From Spirogloea muscicola (Eukaryota): a DNA stretch of 38,961 bases. Location: contig WELB01000003.1 of the NCBI GenBank assembly GCA_009602725.1, positions 780,673 to 819,633 on the forward strand. Direction: 5' to 3'. Positions 10,710 through 22,469 of this stretch are shown in pieces. Under the pieces are notes generated by a model. The model made no database searches, was not told the origin of the DNA, and worked only from the letters and a program-made list of their open reading frames with translations. The position numbers and the translations under genes are program-made. Numbering within the stretch: the stretch's first letter is position 1; the number at the start of each line of letters is the position of its first letter.

Positions 10710-11427
10710 AATTGAAGGGCTCGCCCATTGATTATAGGGGCTGGAAAAAGCCAGCCCAAGAAAGAATGAACAAAGGACGAGAAGGGGCCAGGGGAAGTAC
10801 GAAGAACATCAAGCACAAAATAAGAAACGAAGCAGCTACGAAGCACTCAGTAACCCCTGCTAAACACTGGCTCGACATGTTGGCCAGGCTTGCACGGCGC
10901 GCTTGTGTCCCGCAGGCGCGGTGAGCTGGCTGACTTCAACGCCGCTGGCTCGTGGGCTCAGGTTTATCGTATGCGCTTGTCCGTCTCCCTCCAGCAGTCC
11001 ATGGCCCACGCCTTGCATCTGTGTGCTGGCCGTGCTCTCGCTGCTACTCAGATTTGCATCTACTGACGAGAGGTTACTGAGAGTTCGCTTACTGCTGTCT
11101 CAGTCCTTAGCACTCCGACTCCTTCAGACCTTGTCCATTCTTTTGGGCTGGCCTCTCCCAGCTACCAGTTAATGTGGCCGCGCTTGCTCTCTCGCTGCGG
11201 CCTCCGGCTTTTGTCAGGGGGATAGTTTTCCGGCAGCTAGTCTGTCGGATGTGAGGCTCCTTACTCGTAACTACTGAGTGGTCCATCCTCCCCCGTTCTG
11301 CCATAGCCTCTTCAGGCCCCGCAGTCGCTGCTGCTCAACGAAGTACGCGCCCATAGAGAAGAGGGGTGCTAAACAGCCTCAGGTCAAAGAGACTGGGTTC
11401 CTGTAAGCGGGTCCCCTGGCCAGTGCC
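10710..11427. mobile_element. Cluster of CRE-like 3' ends: D (-), G (+), E (+), D/A pieces (-)
   Basis: D UTR 10710-10866 minus. G 10866-11185 ends SDLHLLTRGY*. E spans 11186-11332. 11340-11427 minus is a D fragment plus an A terminus. Confidence 0.8.
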
Positions 11428-12266
11428 AGAAGAAGTGCGCGCCCATAGGGAAGAGGGGCTGGCAAAGCCAGCCCAAAAAAGAATGGACAATGTCCAACGC
11501 CAAAGAAAGAGGAGCCGGAAAAAGGACTACACTACAAAACACTGCAGAACACAGAGACGATGCAGGGAAGGTCAGTACCCACGAGTGAGCAACATCAGGT
11601 CTGAGTAGCTCGCTGCAGGGAAAGAGGCACTCCGCCGAAACCCAGAGGCGGCGGCCATAGCACGGCCTGCTCGCGTGTGGACGGCGTGGGCAAGGGAGCG
11701 TTGAAGTGATATGGCCATGCGCATGCGGAAGACTTGTGCGAGCGAACCGGCGGCGTTGAAGCCGGGCGTCGCCCCTGGCAGACCTGGCCGCCGGCCAATG
11801 GCCTGGCGGGCAAGCCGCTGAAGGAGATCCAGCCAGCGGCTGCCGAAAGCCCCGTGTACATCCATCGCCAGGGCCGCGAATTCATCCCCACCGGGTGATC
11901 AGCATATTTTCGCTCCTTGCCCCGGGCCGCCTGGCCGACCGCGTGCCCTGCAAACGACGCCGATCTGGTGGGATCGGCGGAGTCGATGCAGTCAGTTGTC
12001 ACGACATCAGCGATGATGCGGGGACCGCCGCCGGGCGGGATGGCGACCAGGTCGGCACGTCGTGTACGGGGCTGGCCGTCCGCGCCCAGCTGGATGGGCA
12101 TTATGGAGGAATTCTCCACCGCGACCTTAAAGCCAGCCTCCGAAAGCACCCCCTGCATACCATCTCCCAGGAGGTCGTGGGAAGCGGTCCGCTCGCCCCC
12201 GTGTGCGCAACGGAGCATACGGGCGGCCAGCTCCGCAGGATCAACGCGACGGGCACCGCACTCGCA

Positions 12267-14444
12267 TTAAGTGACGCCCGAGGCAGGGAGGGAGGAGGCC
12301 CAAGAGCCGGTGGACCGCCGTCCTGAAGTCCTCGTCGGGCATAGTGAGCGCAGCGTGGAGTGGGAGCACTGATAGCCACGCCGCCGCCCCAGGGGAGGAG
12401 GCTGAGAGCAGCCGTGCGCGCCCTCGAAGGTCAGCCGGAGGGAGAAGCTCCACCACCTGGTCGGAGGCCGCTTTTCAACCAGCGCCGAGAAGCGTGCCTG
12501 GGCACGCTGGTCAGGGGTGTGGGCGAGGTGGATGAAAGGAACGACCTGCTCCGAGATGTGGGGGTGGACCGCCAGGAGCCCGTCGTGGGCAAAGCGGAGG
12601 GCAACCTGAAAAGGCCGCTGACCGATCTCCACCTCAGCTGCCGCCCGCTCCAGGGCGCGCTGGCCGTGGAGGAGGAACCTCTGGCACATGGGGGCTGCCA
12701 CCTGAGCCCAGCTACCCATGTAGGCCGCCTCGCAGGCGCGGGCAACTGAGCGGCATCCCAAGCCGCCACGACTGGTCGGCAGGCTAGCCTGCAGCAGCGC
12801 AGCTGGTGAGGTGAGGAACGCAGGGTGCTGCACGAGGGTGGCCGCGGACGCCAGGATGCCGGAGTCAAAGGCCGCATACGCTGCCTTCACCGCCGACGAG
12901 GGGGGGATGGTGCGGGCCAGATAGTGTGGCCGCTGCGCAATGCACCGTGTCAGCATCGCAGTCGCCAGCTGCATGTCCTGCAGCGTGTGAAGACGGTCCG
13001 CTGGCCGGAGGTGTTCCTGCAGCCGCGCCTGCAGCTGCTCCATCACGAAGGCAGGTGCGCCTAGGGGGACGCCGAGCAGGGTGAGGCCCCCGGCTGGTGT
13101 CTGGCAACCCTCGGGCAGGCGCAGGTGGGCTGGCAGGCCCTGAGGGGACCAGGCGTTACATTTGTCCGCCCGACTGTCCGGGCCGATCGCGTTCAGCTGC
13201 ACTTGAAGGGTGTCAAAGGCAGCTGCGACATCCTCTGGCTTCCCCACCAGCGTGGTGTCATCAGCGTATGTCGGCACGAGGACGCCGGGGTGAACCGCGA
13301 CCGTTGCCTGGAGCGCACGGTGATGTGCCAGCGCATAGTAGAACCCCGCCAGTGGATCCCCTTGTGGCGCGCCCCTGGTGGAGTGGAGGGTCTCCAACGC
13401 ATCACCCCCCGCCCGCCACTGCAGCTCGCATGGCTGACCGTACCCCAGCCTGAAGAAGGGTAGAAGGCTGGGAAAGGCCTCTCTCAGCTCCTCCGCGATG
13501 ACACCACGATCAACGCTGTTGAAGGCGTTGCGGACATCGACTGCCATGGCCACCCATCCGGGATGCAGGTCCAGGGCGGCCCATACGCCGTGCACGACCG
13601 TCTCACCGCCGCTCCGCAGCCCGGCACCAAACTGTTGGGGCGCCAGGTGTGCCTGGGCCTGCCCTGGGTGCTGTTGCCAAAGCGCGCGCCCCACCAGGCG
13701 GTAGAGCACCTCACCGATGGCGATGGGCCTGACCCCCCCACCAGCCTTGCTGAGCGCCAGCAGTGTACTGGTGTACAGGACGCCGCGATCGCTGGCCGGG
13801 ACCCAATGGCGAGCGAGGAGCTGGCACACCTGGTGGAGCGCCTGGAAGTAGGCCGGGTCGCCCTCCAGGAAGATCTCCCGGAGATGCTCGGTGAGCATGT
13901 GGGAAGGACCTCCCCGCGGCCGTGCAACGGCTGCTCTGCAGGGCCCTCCGCAAGGCGTCGGCTTCGAGGACCACCTCCTCCGGCGGTGCGAAGGTGGCCA
14001 GCCACGGGGGCAGGGGGTGGGAGCCGCAGGGTGCAGGGACTCCAGGGCCGCCCTTGTGGCAGTATTGGTGGGCGCCAGCACCGCGTCGTCCAGGGCCTGG
14101 ACCGCCCTTGACAACTCGCCCGCGTGACCGAAACACAGAGCCCGGCGAACATTGGCGGCCCTGTCTGGTGCGGCCCGCGCATCACCTCGGTTCGCCGCCG
14201 AGGCCGCCACCGCTGCGTCATGGCGTGCGAGAAGCTCCTCCCAATGGCCGCTCTCAAACAATCGGACGCGCTCCAGAAGGGGCTGCTGGTCCTGCCAGCG
14301 GCCGTCGTGGGGGGCACGGCCGAGCAGTAGCCTGGGGAAGAAGAGAAACTGCTTCCAAGCCGCCTCGTCCCGGTGGTCCCTGGCAATCCGCTGCATCGCC
14401 GGGCGGAGCGCGCGGCGAATGTGCGGGTGCACCCCGCGGGGCAC
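12267..14444 (-). pseudogene. Reverse transcriptase region of the family A element
   Basis: 725-aa ORF with non-LTR RT motifs. A pair of compensating frameshifts lies near 13920-14015, where the alternative frame reads PLPPWLATFAPPEEVVLEADALRRALQS. Confidence 0.9.
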
Positions 14445-15935
14445 ATGGCGGAGGAGCGGGAGGGCCGCCTGGCGGTGGATGGCAGCGAGGTCGAGGCCGG
14501 CCAGCCACTGCCGGTGTTGAGGCGTGGGAGGGGTTGGCGCGGAGCGGACAGGCCTGCCTGGTCTGCCCCGGCGGCCTCCCGCAGCCGCTACGCTCCGCGC
14601 CTGTGCCGCACGGTTGTTGTTGAGCGCGCAGGCGCGCTCGTGGTTGGCCCGACCTGACTGCGTGGTGAAGGTCGTCTGGCAGTGCTGGCACAGCAGGGGG
14701 TCGGGCGAGCGAGGTGGGGGCGAGGGCGGTGGAGCTGGTGCGCACGGTGGAGGCGGAGGCGGCGGTGGCGAGGGCCGGCGAGGGCCGGCATCGAGGGCGG
14801 CAACGGCGGGGGGCAGGGCGGCTAGAGAGGCGGGATGGTGGGTGGCTGGGAAGGCAGAAGCGCAGACCGGGGAAGCGGCGGCGAGGTCGAGGCAGGTGGC
14901 TGGCTCAGCGGAGGTGGACGCTGGGGTGGCGGTGGTGGCGACGGCGGCGACGGTGGTGACGGCAGCAGATGCGGCAGCGACGGCGGTGGGGACGGCGGCC
15001 CTGCTGCCACGGGAGGTGCACTCACGGGGATATCAGGGGCAGCATCACGCCCAGGGGACAAGGCACCCTGCGGAGAGACTGGGTTAACCTCGGGGGGCCC
15101 TTCACATCTCGAAAGCTGAGTCGATAAAGCAGGTGCCCGTTGCTTCTCACGGGCGGGAGGCGATACATGCTCCTCCATGGTCTGCTCCTGAGGTGAGGCT
15201 GCCAGGACCGTGGCGATGGGGCCGCAAGCCGCGACGGCCGCATCGGCTGGCTGGCACGGCGAAGGTGGACTCTGTGGCGGCGGTGGCGGTGACGGCGGCG
15301 GCGGAGATGGCGGCGGAGGCGGCGGCGACGGCGGTGGCGGCGGCGACGACGGTGGTGACGGCGGCCCTGGGGCGGGAGGCGAGATATGCTCCTCCGGGAT
15401 GTGTTCCTGAAGTGCGGCTGCCAAGACAGTGGCGTTGGGGGTGCAGGCTGCGGCGGCCGCGTCGGGCGTCGAGCCAGCGGGGCTGGGATACCCCTTGCAG
15501 TGTTTCCGGTGCGAGGAAACACCGCTGGGAGTAGCAAAATCCCGCGGACAAGTGGGCACGGCACGCGCGGGGATGCCACAGGAGGGGAGGACGGCAGCGG
15601 GAGAGATGGGGGGGGCGCAGGTGGGGGCGATGGTGCGGGGAGGGGGAAAGGCGGAGGGGGCGGCGGCGGAGGTGGCGTGGTGGCGGCATGGAAAGCGGAG
15701 AAGGCGAGGAACCGCTGCGCCCAAGCGAACTTGGCCGGGGGAAGTTCGGGGCTCCGGCTCCGAAGGCGGCGCCGAGAACGCGCGGGTGGGGCGACGGCAG
15801 GCGGCGCGGCAGCGGCGGGAGTGACGGTGGCCACGGGAGCCGGCGCGGGGGCTGAGTAGGGAGGGGGCTTGCACGCCGCCGCGGACCCCATGGCGGGCGC
15901 CGCCGGCGAAGGCGCCGGCGGCGGCCCGGGGTGTA

Positions 15936-16010
15936 AAGCGGCTGCTGATATTAAAAGAGCGGCTGTGAAAGCCAGCCAGATGCATACAGGTGTTCATGAC
16001 GGAGCCAAAA
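15936..16010 (-). mobile_element. 75-bp family F terminus inserted in the putative 5' UTR, 6-bp TSD
   Basis: About 70 bp identical to 16218-16289. GGTGTA at 15930-15935 and 16011-16016. Confidence 0.85.
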
Positions 16011-16062
16011 GGTGTAGGAGGGGTGAGGCCACTCGGACCCGGGCGGCGTCAGAGTGCCGGTT

Positions 16063-16131
16063 GAAAGCAAGCGCGGCCAGACTCACTGGTTGCTGGGAGA
16101 GGCCTGCCCAAAAGAATGGACAAGGACAAGT
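16063..16131 (-). mobile_element. 69-bp family G terminus, 5-bp TSD
   Basis: Minus: CCTTGTCCATTCTTTTGGGCAGGCCTCTCCCAGCAACCAGTGAGTCTGGCCGCGCTT. CGGTT at 16058-16062 and 16132-16136. Confidence 0.75.
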
Positions 16132-16216
16132 CGGTTACAATCAGCAGACGTGATGGGCCAACGCTTAGGGCGCGGGCCCAAGCCCACTCCCCCCCCATGC
16201 GGCCCGCCCCCTAGCT

Positions 16217-16942
16217 CAAGCGGCTGCTGATATTAAAAGAGCGGCTGTGAAAGCCAGCCAGATGCATACAGGTGTTCATGACGGAGCCACAGGCTAGACA
16301 GCCAGGGCGCTCTTAGTAACCCCGTGTCAGCAGTAGGAAGTCAGATGAGCTGAGGGGAGGAAGAGCAACCCCGCTGCGCAAGCCAGAGGCTGCTGCAAGG
16401 GCACGACCCTAGGATGAAAGAGAGAGCGCGCCCATAGGATGAAAGGGCTCGCCCATTGTAATAGGAAGGGCTCGCCCATTAAGGATAGGGGCATGAAAAG
16501 CCAGCCCAAAAGAGGAAGAAGGAACAAAGTACGAGAAGGGGGCCAGGGAAGCGCTAAGGAAAACAAGCACAACAAGAAACAAAGCAGCTACGAAATACTC
16601 AGTACCCCCTGCTAAGCAGCCTCCGGTCAGAGAAGCTAGGCTCCTGGAAGTTGGTCCCCTGGCTAGAGCTAGAGACAGCTGCTGAAAGAAACAAGAAGAA
16701 GTGGCTCTCCCAATGGGGGCAAGGGCTGTGAGAAGCCAGCCCGAAAAGAATTGACAAGGTTCGAAGGGGCCAAACTACGAGCTAAGCAGCGACTGCGGGG
16801 CCTGAAGAGGCTATAGCAGAACGGGGGAGGATGGACCACTTAGTAGTTACGAGTGAGGAGCCTCACATCCGACAGACTAGCTGCCGGTAAACTATCCCCC
16901 TGACGAAAGCCGGAGGCCGCAGCGAGAGCACGGCCAGCACGC
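16217..16942 (-). mobile_element. Head-to-tail array of 3' ends: E (16694-16942), D (~16415-16684), F (16217-16412)
   Basis: Each carries a version of the ..SDLxLL(T/S)R(G/N)Y* terminus and its own UTR. E is flanked by AAAGAAACA at 16685-16693 and 16943-16951. Confidence 0.85.
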
Positions 16943-16994
16943 AAAGAAACAGCTCTAATTAATGTCGGGCAATGGCTGTGCGAGGCCAGCCCAC

Positions 16995-17717
16995 AAAGAT
17001 TCAGCGGACTCCTTGGATTCCAGGAGCGCGACACGCTCGGCGGAGGAGGCGGGCTACGCCGTCCGCCAAGCGGCCGCCGCAAAGGAGCGCAAGTACTCAG
17101 ATTACCTCTGCTTGAATTGTGTATTGGCTTGAATTGGCCTCCCTTTTCATTTCATGCGCCCCGCGCGCCTTTCCCGATCACCCGGTAGGCGACGAGTTTA
17201 TATTACTCGCCGTCGACGTACACGGCGCCATTTGGCGCCAAATGGCTGGACCTCCTTCACCACCTTGCACGGCGAGCAGCGGCCCGCCGCGATGGGCAGC
17301 AGGGCGAGCAGCCTGGCTTCCATGTCGCCGGGTCCCTCGCCCAAGTTTACCGGATGCGCCTGGCCTCTCTTTGCAGCGGTCCCTAGCTTTTGCTAGGGTT
17401 GCTAGGATAGCCAGCTCATTACCCAGTTAACAATTCATTTGTAAGGCTTGAATTGGCCTCCCTTTCAATTTCATGCGCACCGCGCGCCTTCTCTCTTGCG
17501 GTCCACTTGCGCGCAGGCCGCGCTCTGGCGGCGGCCTCCGGCTTCCGTCAGGGCGACGTCTTTCCGCCTGCAAGCTACTCAGATTTGCATCTACTGACGA
17601 GAGGTTACTAAGAGTTCGCTTACTGCTGTCTCAGTCCTTAGCACTCCGACTCCTTCAGACCTTGCCCATCCTTTTGGGCTGGCCTCTCCCAGCCACCAGT
17701 CAATCTGGCCGCGCTTG
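16995..17717 (+). mobile_element. Family G endonuclease 3' fragment with two nested family C termini
   Basis: AAAKERKYSD | HPVGDEFILLAVDVHGA..SLQRSLAFA | VHLRAGRALAAASGFRQGDVFPPASYSDLHLLTRGY*. C UTR pieces at about 17112-17172 and 17394-17495. Confidence 0.8.
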
Positions 17718-17718
17718 A

Positions 17719-17765
17719 TTCAGGGTTGCGGGCTTAGGGGTCAAATTTCAGGGCTGAGGTTTGAA
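17719..17765. repeat. Degenerate telomere-like tract (G-strand on +)
   Basis: TTCAGGG TTGCGGG CTTAGGG..TTTCAGGG CTGAGG directly after the G terminus. Confidence 0.5.
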
Positions 17766-17829
17766 AGGGCCGGAAGGCGCCAAAAGCACAAAGCTACTCT
17801 CCATGACTTCTGCGGGTGGGCGTTTTACA

Positions 17830-18036
17830 GGGGGATAGTTTTCCGGCAGCTAGGCTGTCGGATGTGAGGCTCCTCACTCGTAACTACTGAGTGGTCCATC
17901 CTCCCCCTTTCTGCCATGGCCTCTTCAGGCCCCACAGTCGCTGCTTAGCTCGTAGTTTGGCCCCTTCGAACCTTGTCAATTCTTTTTCGGGCTGGCTTCT
18001 CACAGCCCTTGCCCCCATTGGGAGAGCCACTTCTTC
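17830..18036 (+). mobile_element. Family E short copy, 6-bp TSD
   Basis: GDSFPAARLSDVRLLTRNY* plus UTR. TTTACA at 17824-17829 and 18037-18042. Confidence 0.85.
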
Positions 18037-18046
18037 TTTACAACCT

Positions 18047-19560
18047 CTAGTCAGCAAGTGCAGACCAGACGAGAATATCTAGAGTACGGAAAAGCGTGCG
18101 CTGTCGGAACCTGGAGGCAGCAGCCAAGGCGCGGCCTGCCCGCAAGTGGACGGCAAATGCCAAGGACCGCTCGCAGGGAGATGGCATTCTGTACACTTGA
18201 GCAAGAGACCCGACGACATTGAAGCCGGGCTGCTCGCTCTGCTGCCCTTGGCGGCGGGACACAGCACGCCGCGCAAGCCGCTGGATCAGGTCGAGCCAGC
18301 GAATCCGACCGCCCCGTGGACGTCAAAAGCAAGTGTGACCATTTTCGTTGCCAGCGGGGTGGTCTGCGTACTTCCTCCCCTTGGCGCCTGCCGCTTGGCG
18401 GACTGCATAGCCTGCCTCCTTCGCTGGTTGTTGGGAGCTCCTAGAGTCAAAGCAGAGGGTGGTGACAACGTCTGCAATGATTCGGGGGGCGCCGCCCAGC
18501 GCGCTGTGCGACTAACCGGCGCGACGCGCGTGGAAACTGCCATCCGCCCCAGCTTCCAGGGGCACTGCCTCCAGGAAGACAGTCTTTGCACTGCGATGGC
18601 ACTTTGGGTGGCGCTCCGGCTCTCCAGATCAGTCTGGCAGGTCTGTATGCGCGCTCACTCGTGGGGACTTGAGTCCCCCTTTCTAAGTTGTCATCCAAGT
18701 GACTTCTTACAGCCCTCGCCCCTTGGAGCTATGCAGGCGCCAAGGAGCGGATATGCAAACCATCCCGCTGGCAACAAGTTTGTCGCGCTTGCAGTCGACG
18801 TCCACTGGCCATGGGGCTTGCTGGCTGAACCTCTCCAGCAGCTTGCGTGCCGTGCTGTGACTGGCCGCCAAGGGAAGTGGAGCGAGCAGCCCGGCTTCAC
18901 TGCCGTCGGATCACTCGCTCGGGTGTACAGGAAGAGCCTTGTCATCTCCCTGCAGCATTCCTGGCTTGTGCCTTGCACTTGCGAGCGCGCCGCACCTTGG
19001 CTCCTGCTCCGGGGTCTGCCAGTGGGAGTGTGGCTTTTGTGCAGAGGTTGGTGGGCTCGCTACACACATGCTGCGATGCCCCACTGGACCGGAAGTGGTG
19101 GGCCATCACAACCTCCTCTGCAATGCTCTACGGGCTTGATGCATGGCGCAGGTTACCGTGCGGTCGTGGAAGTGTACAACATCATGCCCATCACCGCGGG
19201 TGCCCAAGGACCTCATCGCCGCACCCCAGACATTGTGGGCGTGCAACCTGGCGAAGGACCACGGGCCTTGGTCGATGTCGTCAGTATGGAGGCATGCAAA
19301 GGTCCAGCATCAATGGCCACGAAGTGGGCAGTGCAGAACAAAAGAAGCTGCAGCACTACATCGACTACCCCCACTGCAATCAGCTCCTGCCAGCTGCAGT
19401 CGAAATATTTGGCTGTATAGGTCCTCGATTCCACACCCTCCTTGAGACAATTGCCAACCTAGGCTATCCACAACGCGCAGATGTGCTTCTGACCGAGATG
19501 GTTTGACAGCTGCATATCTGTCGTTCTTGCTCTGTTATGCGTCGGCGTATTTGCAGCAGC
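18047..19560. mobile_element. Three degraded CRE endonuclease fragments: (-) 18047-18660, (+) 18700-19015, family B (+) 19016-19560
   Basis: LAFDVHGA and EQPGFNVVGSLAQVYRM (minus); YANHPAGNKFVALAVDVH (plus); LATHMLRCPTGPEVVGHHN, RTPDIVGVQPG, AEQKKLQHY (plus). Confidence 0.8.
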
Positions 19561-20439
19561 CGTAAAAGGCGACAGGGTATATTCTTATCATTTTTAACAG
19601 AGTCAGTCAATGCTTAATCGGTGAGCATGCAGCGGCGTGGGCGTACAGGGGCTCCGCGAATGTCATGACAGCATACATGCAGGCGCCACGGCACGTGCTT
19701 TTGCGCAAGGGAGGGACAGGCGGCAGCGTATGTGCAGACCGGCACGCAGCCCTTCCAGACGGCCTGGTCCGTCGCTCGGCCCTCAACGGGCTGCTGGCAC
19801 GCCACCCGGACTTGGCGAAGCGAGCTGTTGTAAGAAGTCTATGTGACTCTTGCTAGCTCGTATGATCTAGGTTCTAAAACTGTGTGTGGAGCCGTGCGGT
19901 ACCACCTCCCTGCGCGCATTATAAGGCCCACACAGAGTGAAGTGTCGTCGGGGTACTGCGGGGCTCAGGGTTTATCCCTGAGCTAGGGAGTCCGGTGGTC
20001 TCAGCGGTTGGTGGATCGATTGGATCTCCACCGTTGGGTTGGCGCCGACCCGTGAGATCCAGGCTGGCAGCGCTAGGGCGAGCCGCCGGGTTCAGGGTTT
20101 GAGGGGCTGGAGGGGCTTGCTCCCTTGCACTCACTAGGGCGTACGCCACCGATCCCCGCCGGCCCAGCAGAGCGCACTGCAAGCGCGGCAGCACGGGGGT
20201 CGCGTAGTGAGTGCCAGCAGCAGCCACAGCGGCAGCAGCGGCAGCGGCAGCGGCGGCAGCAGCTTCACACGGGAGCTTCTGCAAATCCCCGCAAGGCGTG
20301 ACAGTGGCGGCTGCAGCTTGCAGCAATTCCCTGTGCGCTTCGTCTTCAAACACCAGCACAGATGGCAGATCTCAAATCTGTACACGAGGGTCCCCTTCGG
20401 GCAGTCGTCCCCTTTCGTCGCAGTCAGGCGGCAGCCTGA

Positions 20440-21637
20440 GGCACACTATCATACTGCAGGCATCAGTTGCATGTTACAGAATGCGGCTCTCGCTAACTTT
20501 GCAGCGCTCACTCGCTCTGGCTTCTTATCAGTTAGGCGCGCTGTAAATTTGGCTGCCAGCTTCCGTGGCGGCGCTCCATGATTAAGAGCTTGTCGAAAAT
20601 GCATGTGCTCACCCGTGGGAAGTACCGTCACACTGTTACCTTAGCCACCTTAGCATAGGGCTTCGCTTTATGTAGCCCCATTTTTGCACAATTGTTAGCC
20701 CGAACAATGTATCCATTGGATTGGCCTCCACATGCGCACCGCACGCCTTCTCTCTTTGGGCCCCTCGCGCACGCCGCCGACGGAAGCGCGTGCTCAGACC
20801 CGCCACATGGTGGAGGTGGACCCTAAAACCTGAACATTAATTCCTAACCGCTCGCCAGCCTCCTCCGCGAGACCGACCGGCGTTGCCGTGCCGGCGTCCT
20901 CCTGAGAAGCGGCGGAATGGTCGATGGCACTCCTTTCGACGCTGCATTGCAATTGACGGACGAGGCCTTCCGGACAGCCGTCCCTCGCCTCTCCGGCCTG
21001 CCCCCGCCTGTGTCATTGCCGCGGCGCAGTGCGAGTGGGGAGAGCAGAGGACAGACTCGGCAGACCTGGCGCCGCGCATACCGCACTGTGCGCTTGAGGG
21101 GGGACTGGCGCAGCACGCAACCCTCAGGGATGCACGTATACTGGATCTGGCAATAGGCAGGTTACCAGGTCGCTCTGGAGAACACGTCTACAATGCCAAC
21201 TCGATCCAGGGCGACAGGATCGTACACCAGGCACGATGACTTGACTGCAGTCACGCCTGGTGGTTGTCCAAGCACCACACCAAATCTGGACGCCCTCGCT
21301 GCAGTAATCCAATTACCATCAGCATGAAGGTGGGGTGCGCGGCAGCCAATGCGGCTTCGGAATTCTGCGTACGTCGAGCATCCAGTAGGGATACGTCTGT
21401 CCCAAAGGCAGTTGATATCCAGAGGAATCCCAACAACAGCAAGGAGAGCAGGCCTATTACAAGGCCGAAGCTTGGCCCTTGTGTACTGCATGCGCATGTA
21501 TGTCTCGCTTGCGTAATACCTGGCTTTGCCTTGCATGGGTGCGGGCCATGCCCTAGCTGCTGCCTCAGGCAATCGGGAGGGCAAGTCATTTTCGAGGGTC
21601 ACTGTTCCGACATATGGCTGTTGACTAGGAAAAATTG
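20440..21637 (+). mobile_element. Degraded CRE-like fragments: family C end 20440-20755; knuckle/RLE remnant 20860-21637
   Basis: ACYRMRLSLTLQRS plus C UTR. LTDEAFRTAVPRLSGLPP, QCEW, AGYQVALEN, ALAAASGNREG, SDIWLLTRKN*. Confidence 0.7.
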
Positions 21638-22469
21638 AGCAGCCTTTCGTACTGGTCGCTCATGTACTACTACTTGTTCTGTCTTTCCGGCGCCTTTAAC
21701 CCTGTCTACTCCTCATTAAGTGAACCTTTTACAGGCATCTTTCTGGAAGAGCTTCTTGTTCTCCTTTTTTTTTTGGGCACCTATGGCTGAGGGGCCTCTG
21801 CTATATCTGGAGGACTCCGCCACTGTGGACATTGTTGTGTGCGGCATGCCTCTTGCTCGCAGACGTGGTTGCGACCGTACTGGACGCATCCCACTTCTGC
21901 GAGGTACCTACTCGCCATACTGCATCACCCCATATGAGTGCTGGCGTGGGCTTGTATGATACATCGTAACACATCACACATATGTACAAATATATATCAT
22001 AAAGATGTAGTACTTATGATAGTTTGAAATGTCAGTAGTGCCGCAGCAGACGGCTGATGCTGTCAGGTGCAAGCTAAGGGAAGGGAAGGCCGTGACTCGC
22101 TAGTGGAATTTGTGTCGCTATTGTAAAGTTGAGCAGAAAGGTAAGTTTACAATTTGTTGATATGGACTTGGAAACGAGAGAGAAGAGTGACAGTCGCTGT
22201 TGGCAAGCTTTGAACAGATGACTCCTAGAAAGATGTAAGACAAGGTCTCAATAATATAAAAGCTGGAAGCAATTTAGTCTGTGCTGTGTGTTTACACATA
22301 CACATGCAGGTGGAGGTCCGCGCTACCCCAACCTTGGATCAATCAGTCCTACATCCTTCAACACCCTACCCCACACAGCTTGTACCATGAACTCCATGAA
22401 TCCTAAACCTTTACCAGACCCAAGCATCAGGGGGTTAGTGCTGAAGAGCCGAAGTGCCGAAGTGCCGAA

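Larger units (their letters stand above)
11428..16215 (-). mobile_element. Near full-length CRE-clade-like non-LTR retrotransposon (family A): 2 C2HC fingers, RT, CCHC knuckle, RLE; frameshifted
   Basis: Reconstructed single ORF from ATG 15891 to stop 11572. Fingers: CPTCPRDFATPSGVSSHRKHC and CQHCQTTFTTQSGRANHERAC. RT: LSKAGGGVRPIAIGE, QQFG, DVRNAFNSVDR, QGDPL, YADD, LGVPLG, RGGLG. RLE: SHD, RRADL, ADVVTTD, KERKY, SLQR. At least 6 frameshifts and 1 stop. Tail CACTTCTTCT. The 5' boundary is approximate. Confidence 0.92.

Noticed and set aside
15892..16215. HDV-like or hammerhead ribozyme at the element 5' end
   Set aside because: I could not fit the nested double pseudoknot or the CUGANGA/GAAA cores by eye. 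An RNArobo/Infernal search would settle it.
15936..16290. LTR-like direct repeats or a snRNA/spliced-leader target gene
   Set aside because: The 70-bp repeat is the family F 3' UTR: it follows TRGY* at 16313, and the inner copy has its own TSD.
18146..19420. 424-aa plus ORF
   Set aside because: Chance fusion across three degraded CRE fragments in different orientations and frames.
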